DNA of 64,000 bases from an uncultured Thermoplasmata archaeon. GTDB taxonomy: Archaea; Thermoplasmatota; Thermoplasmata; RBG-16-68-12. Positions 60,708 through 64,000 of this stretch are shown here, piece by piece; position 1 is the stretch's first letter, and each line of letters begins with the position of its first letter. The stretch is from assembly GCA_963768855.1 (NCBI GenBank), contig CAVYJM010000010.1, positions 64,001-128,000 on the forward strand, given 5' to 3'. A program made the translations under genes and the position numbers. Under the pieces are notes generated by a model that was given only the letters and a program-made list of their open reading frames with translations, was not told where the DNA came from and did no database searches.

Positions 60708-62123
60708 ATGGACGGGGAGCGGGATCTCGTAGACTACGCGATCGACTATGCACGGCAGCGCGGCGCGACCTACGCGGAGGCGCGGTTCGAGCGACAGGAG
60801 CCGGAGCAATTCATCCTGAAGAACGGCACCCTGGACGCCCTGTACGTCGGCGCGGACCGCGGGATCGGCGTTCGCGTCCTCGCGAACGGCAGCCTCGGGT
60901 TCGCCGCGACGAACACCCTGACCAAGGGGGACGTGAAGGCGATCGTGGACGACGCCGTGAGGATCGCGAAGGCGTCGCGTCGCAGGACGCCGATCACGTT
61001 CGCCCAGGAGGAGGCCGTCACCACGAACTGGTCCGTTCCGGAGCAGACGAAGCTCCTCGATGTCCCGGTCGAGGAGAAGATCCGGGAGATCCAGGCCGTG
61101 GACAAGGCCGTCACGGACCTCGGTTTCAAGACGCCCGCCCGGTACTTCCAGCTCGCCGGCAACCGCATCACGAAGTACTTCGCGAACTCGGAGGGCTCCC
61201 GAATCGGATCGTACAGCCCGCGCCTGCGGGTCACGTACTTCCTGACCGTCGCGAGCGGCGCGGACGCGGAGCAGACCCACCGGGACTACGGATGGTCTGG
61301 CGGTTGGGAGGGCGTGCGCGAATGGGATCTGGCGAAACGCGTGACGGACGAGGCCAAGTCCATGCAGCGTTCGCTCCGCGAGGGGAAGAAGTCCCCCGAG
61401 GGGAAGATGGACCTCGTCGTCGGCCCCCAGGTGTCCGGGATCGCGGCCCACGAGTCCTGCGGGCACCCGACCGAGGCGGACCGCGTCCTGGGCCGTGAGG
61501 CCAGCCAGGCTGGGAAGTCCTTCATCGGCCCCGATGGCCTGGGTATGAAGGTGGGGTCGGAGGTCGTCAACGTCTGCGACGATCCCACGGTCGAGCATGC
61601 GATCGCCTACTACGTGACGGATGACGAAGGGGTTCGCGCCCGCCGCAGGTACCTGTACAAGGAGGGCCGCGTGAACGAGTTCCTCCAGAACCGGGAGACG
61701 GCCGCAGCGTTCTCCACCCGGAGCAACGGCGCCTCCCGCGCGGTCAACTACAACGTGGAGGCGATCGTGCGCATGGCGAACACGTTCGTGGAGCCGAAGG
61801 ACCACAGCATCGAGGAACTTCTCGAGGGCGTCAAGTTCGGCGTCTACATGAAGTCCTTCATGGAGTGGAACATCGACGACAAGCGCTACAACGCGAAGTA
61901 CGCGGGGCGGGAGGCCTATCTCGTCGAGAACGGAGAGATCAAGCACCCCGTGCGGCGGACGATCATCGAGCTGACCACGCCGACGTTCTGGTCCTCGGTC
62001 GATGCGGTGGGCAAGGACTTTGAGTTCGAGGCGGGATTCTGCGGCAAGTCCGACCCCGGGCAGGCGCTCGACGCCAGCCTGGGCGGGCCGACGATGCGCC
62101 TCCGCAACGTCTACCTGAGGTGA
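60708..62123 (+). CDS. tldD: TldD family metalloprotease
   Basis: GIGVRV..NG..GFA, HESCGHPTEADRV, DDEGV, RMANTF. Confidence 0.9.
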   Translation: MDGERDLVDYAIDYARQRGATYAEARFERQEPEQFILKNGTLDALYVGADRGIGVRVLANGSLGFAATNTLTKGDVKAIVDDAVRIAKASRRRTPITFAQEEAVTTNWSVPEQTKLLDVPVEEKIREIQAVDKAVTDLGFKTPARYFQLAGNRITKYFANSEGSRIGSYSPRLRVTYFLTVASGADAEQTHRDYGWSGGWEGVREWDLAKRVTDEAKSMQRSLREGKKSPEGKMDLVVGPQVSGIAAHESCGHPTEADRVLGREASQAGKSFIGPDGLGMKVGSEVVNVCDDPTVEHAIAYYVTDDEGVRARRRYLYKEGRVNEFLQNRETAAAFSTRSNGASRAVNYNVEAIVRMANTFVEPKDHSIEELLEGVKFGVYMKSFMEWNIDDKRYNAKYAGREAYLVENGEIKHPVRRTIIELTTPTFWSSVDAVGKDFEFEAGFCGKSDPGQALDASLGGPTMRLRNVYLR

Positions 62124-62127
62124 TCGG

Positions 62128-63441
62128 ATGGAGGACCTCGCCGCGCAGATCGTCCGGAAGGCGCAGAAGCTCGGCTGCCAGGACGCCGTCGCAGACCTCG
62201 TGCAGAATCGCGCGTACCAGATCCGGTTCGCCCGGAACGAGCCCGTGATCAGCAACCGCTGGCGCGAGTCCTACGCCTCCGTCTTCCTCGTCCACGAGAA
62301 GCGGGTCGTCGCCACGGACATCAAGGACCTCTCGGACGTCGACGGCGCGCTCGAGCGCCTCGTGAAGATTGCGAAGGCCTCCCAGCGCAACCCGGAGTAC
62401 GCAGGCCTCGCGAAGGGGAACTTCAAGTATGGCCGGGTGCGGCCGGACCCGAAGGTCCTCGCGCTGCAGGACGGCTCCGACTTCGTCGAGGCCGCGATCA
62501 AGGGTGCGACCGCCCAGGGAGCGAAGGAATGCGCTGGCTCGTTCTGGCGGTATGAGGACGAGCACTCCCTTGCCACGTCGAACGGGGTCGAGGGTCACGA
62601 CCACCGCGCGGGGCTCTATCTCTCCATCCGGGCCATGGTCTCGCTCGAATCGAGCGGCCATGGAATCGCCTGCGCCTCGCGGCTGTCCCAGTTCGACCCG
62701 GAGAAGGCGGGCCGCAAGGCGGGGCGGATCGCGTCCCTGGCGAAGAACCCGAAGGGGGGCAAGGCGGGACGGTACACGGTCGTCTTCGATCCCCTGATCT
62801 TCGGCGCGCTCACGGACCAGGTCGCGGGGCGGGCGAGTGCGTACGCAGTGCTCGCGGGATTCTCGCCGTACGCCAGGAAGGTCGGGAAGAGCGTGGCCTC
62901 CCCCGCCGTGACGATGTGGGACGACGGCTCCGAGGAGTCCCTCACGCGGAAGAAGTTCGACATGGAGGGCGTGCCCACGCGCCGGACCGCGATCATCCAG
63001 AAGGGGATCCTGAAGACGTACCTCCACAACACCTCCACCGCGAAGCGCTTCAAAACGAAGACGACGGGCAACGCGGGACTCATCGCGCCGGACCCGCACG
63101 CGGTCTTCGTGAAGCCGGGGGACTGGTCCCGCGACGAGATCTTCTCCGAGGTCAAGGACGGCCTATGGCTCACGAACACGTGGTACACGCGGTACCAGTC
63201 CTACGTGAGCGGCGACCTGAGCACGATCCCGCGCGACGGCATCTTCCACATCCAGAAGGGCGAGGTCGTCGAGACCTGGAAGGATATCCGCCTCACGGAC
63301 AACCTGATCCGGTTGATGAAGAACGTTGTGGCCCTGAGCGACACAACGGAGCAGATGATGTGGTGGGGCGAGGTCAGCATCCCGAACTTCGTCCCGTATG
63401 CGCTCATCAAGGACGTCAACATCACGCGATCGGCGGAGTAG
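62128..63441 (+). CDS. pmbA: TldE/PmbA family protein
   Basis: TldD/PmbA fold motifs (FDMEGVP, TYLHNTSTA, TTGNAG, GDLS) without the HExxH motif. Confidence 0.85.
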   Translation: MEDLAAQIVRKAQKLGCQDAVADLVQNRAYQIRFARNEPVISNRWRESYASVFLVHEKRVVATDIKDLSDVDGALERLVKIAKASQRNPEYAGLAKGNFKYGRVRPDPKVLALQDGSDFVEAAIKGATAQGAKECAGSFWRYEDEHSLATSNGVEGHDHRAGLYLSIRAMVSLESSGHGIACASRLSQFDPEKAGRKAGRIASLAKNPKGGKAGRYTVVFDPLIFGALTDQVAGRASAYAVLAGFSPYARKVGKSVASPAVTMWDDGSEESLTRKKFDMEGVPTRRTAIIQKGILKTYLHNTSTAKRFKTKTTGNAGLIAPDPHAVFVKPGDWSRDEIFSEVKDGLWLTNTWYTRYQSYVSGDLSTIPRDGIFHIQKGEVVETWKDIRLTDNLIRLMKNVVALSDTTEQMMWWGEVSIPNFVPYALIKDVNITRSAE

Positions 63442-63477
63442 CCCCAGGGGGCCTCTCGGGCCCGGTCCGTCGGAGCG

Positions 63478-63879
63478 TCAGCTCGACGGCGCCTTCTCGG
63501 CCGTCACGAGCACGGCGTTGATGACGCCGTCCTGCCCCGGCCGCGACGTGATTTTCGCCAGACCGATCTCCGTCTGGACGACGGCGCCCCGGGTCATGAT
63601 GTTCCGCGTCACGTAGTGCGGGTTCGAGGTGTTCTCCTTGACCGTGACGATCTTGACCTTCTTCGTCGTGGAGGTGCGCGGGTCGAGGACGTTCGCGAAC
63701 TCCGCCTTCAGGACGCGGACCTTGCGGTTCCCGCCCTTCGTGCGGTAGAGCTTGAGCCGCGTCGTGCCGATGAAGGCGAACTGCTGCTCGCGCGAGATCT
63801 CGCGGCGGCGCTTCTTCCGCAGCGGGCGGTATCGTCCGCCCGTGGGCTTCCTCTTGGATCGTCCTTGCCACAGGGCCAT
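63478..63879 (-). CDS. rps8e: 30S ribosomal protein S8e
   Basis: WQGRSKRKPTGG, RTKGGNRKVR, NPHYV.RNI.TRGAVV.TEIG.AKITSRPGQDG.INAVL. Confidence 0.97.
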   Translation of the reverse strand: MALWQGRSKRKPTGGRYRPLRKKRRREISREQQFAFIGTTRLKLYRTKGGNRKVRVLKAEFANVLDPRTSTTKKVKIVTVKENTSNPHYVTRNIMTRGAVVQTEIGLAKITSRPGQDGVINAVLVTAEKAPSS

Positions 63880-63941
63880 TCTCAGCCTCGAAGGGAGTCG
63901 TCCCAACTTCGCGGCCCTATAAGACGCTTACGGCCTCCGGG

Positions 63942-64000
63942 TCACGGCGGGATGAGCGTGCCGTAGACCAGGAGCGCGGTCAGGAAGAACCCGACCAGCG
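63942..64000 (-). CDS. C-terminal fragment of a membrane protein entering from beyond the window
   Basis: Minus strand LVGFFLTALLVYGTLIPP* ending at TGA 63942-63944. Confidence 0.5.
   Translation of the reverse strand, partial: LVGFFLTALLVYGTLIPP

Overview
High-GC archaeal chromosome segment. Archaeal markers are rps8e, radA, srp19, dph5, trm5, trmY, type II map, pdaD and a DUF835 domain, and many genes have a TATA-like box about 25-30 nt before the start codon. AsnRS, DUF835, the zinc-ribbon/TPR membrane protein and a heme O synthase suggest an aerobic, peptide-degrading Thermoplasmata lineage (inference only). About 70 genes and tRNA-Arg(TCG) are supported; no CRISPR array, transposase, integrase or rRNA was seen. 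An accessory stress/metal region at about 2.7-14.1 kb carries nikR and a NiCoT transporter with candidate NikR operators, katG, a decayed membrane wHTH regulator, an FNR-like reductase, crcB-DUF190 under a fluoride riboswitch, nickel superoxide dismutase sodN with its maturation peptidase sodX, and acr3/arsR/arsC around a divergent fmdE-tauE pair. Other notable items: an 854-aa ARPP-1-like/RHH/TPR/DUF835 fusion after the tRNA; an MFS-ChrB-YncE unit preceded by a degenerate fluoride-riboswitch-like sequence; an 1802-aa Lhr helicase with three AlkZ-like C-terminal modules; and two tandem paralogous 188-aa membrane proteins with conserved histidines. Many start codons were moved from the ORF track using promoter/RBS position and family N-termini. 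Family calls come from motif recognition, not database searches.
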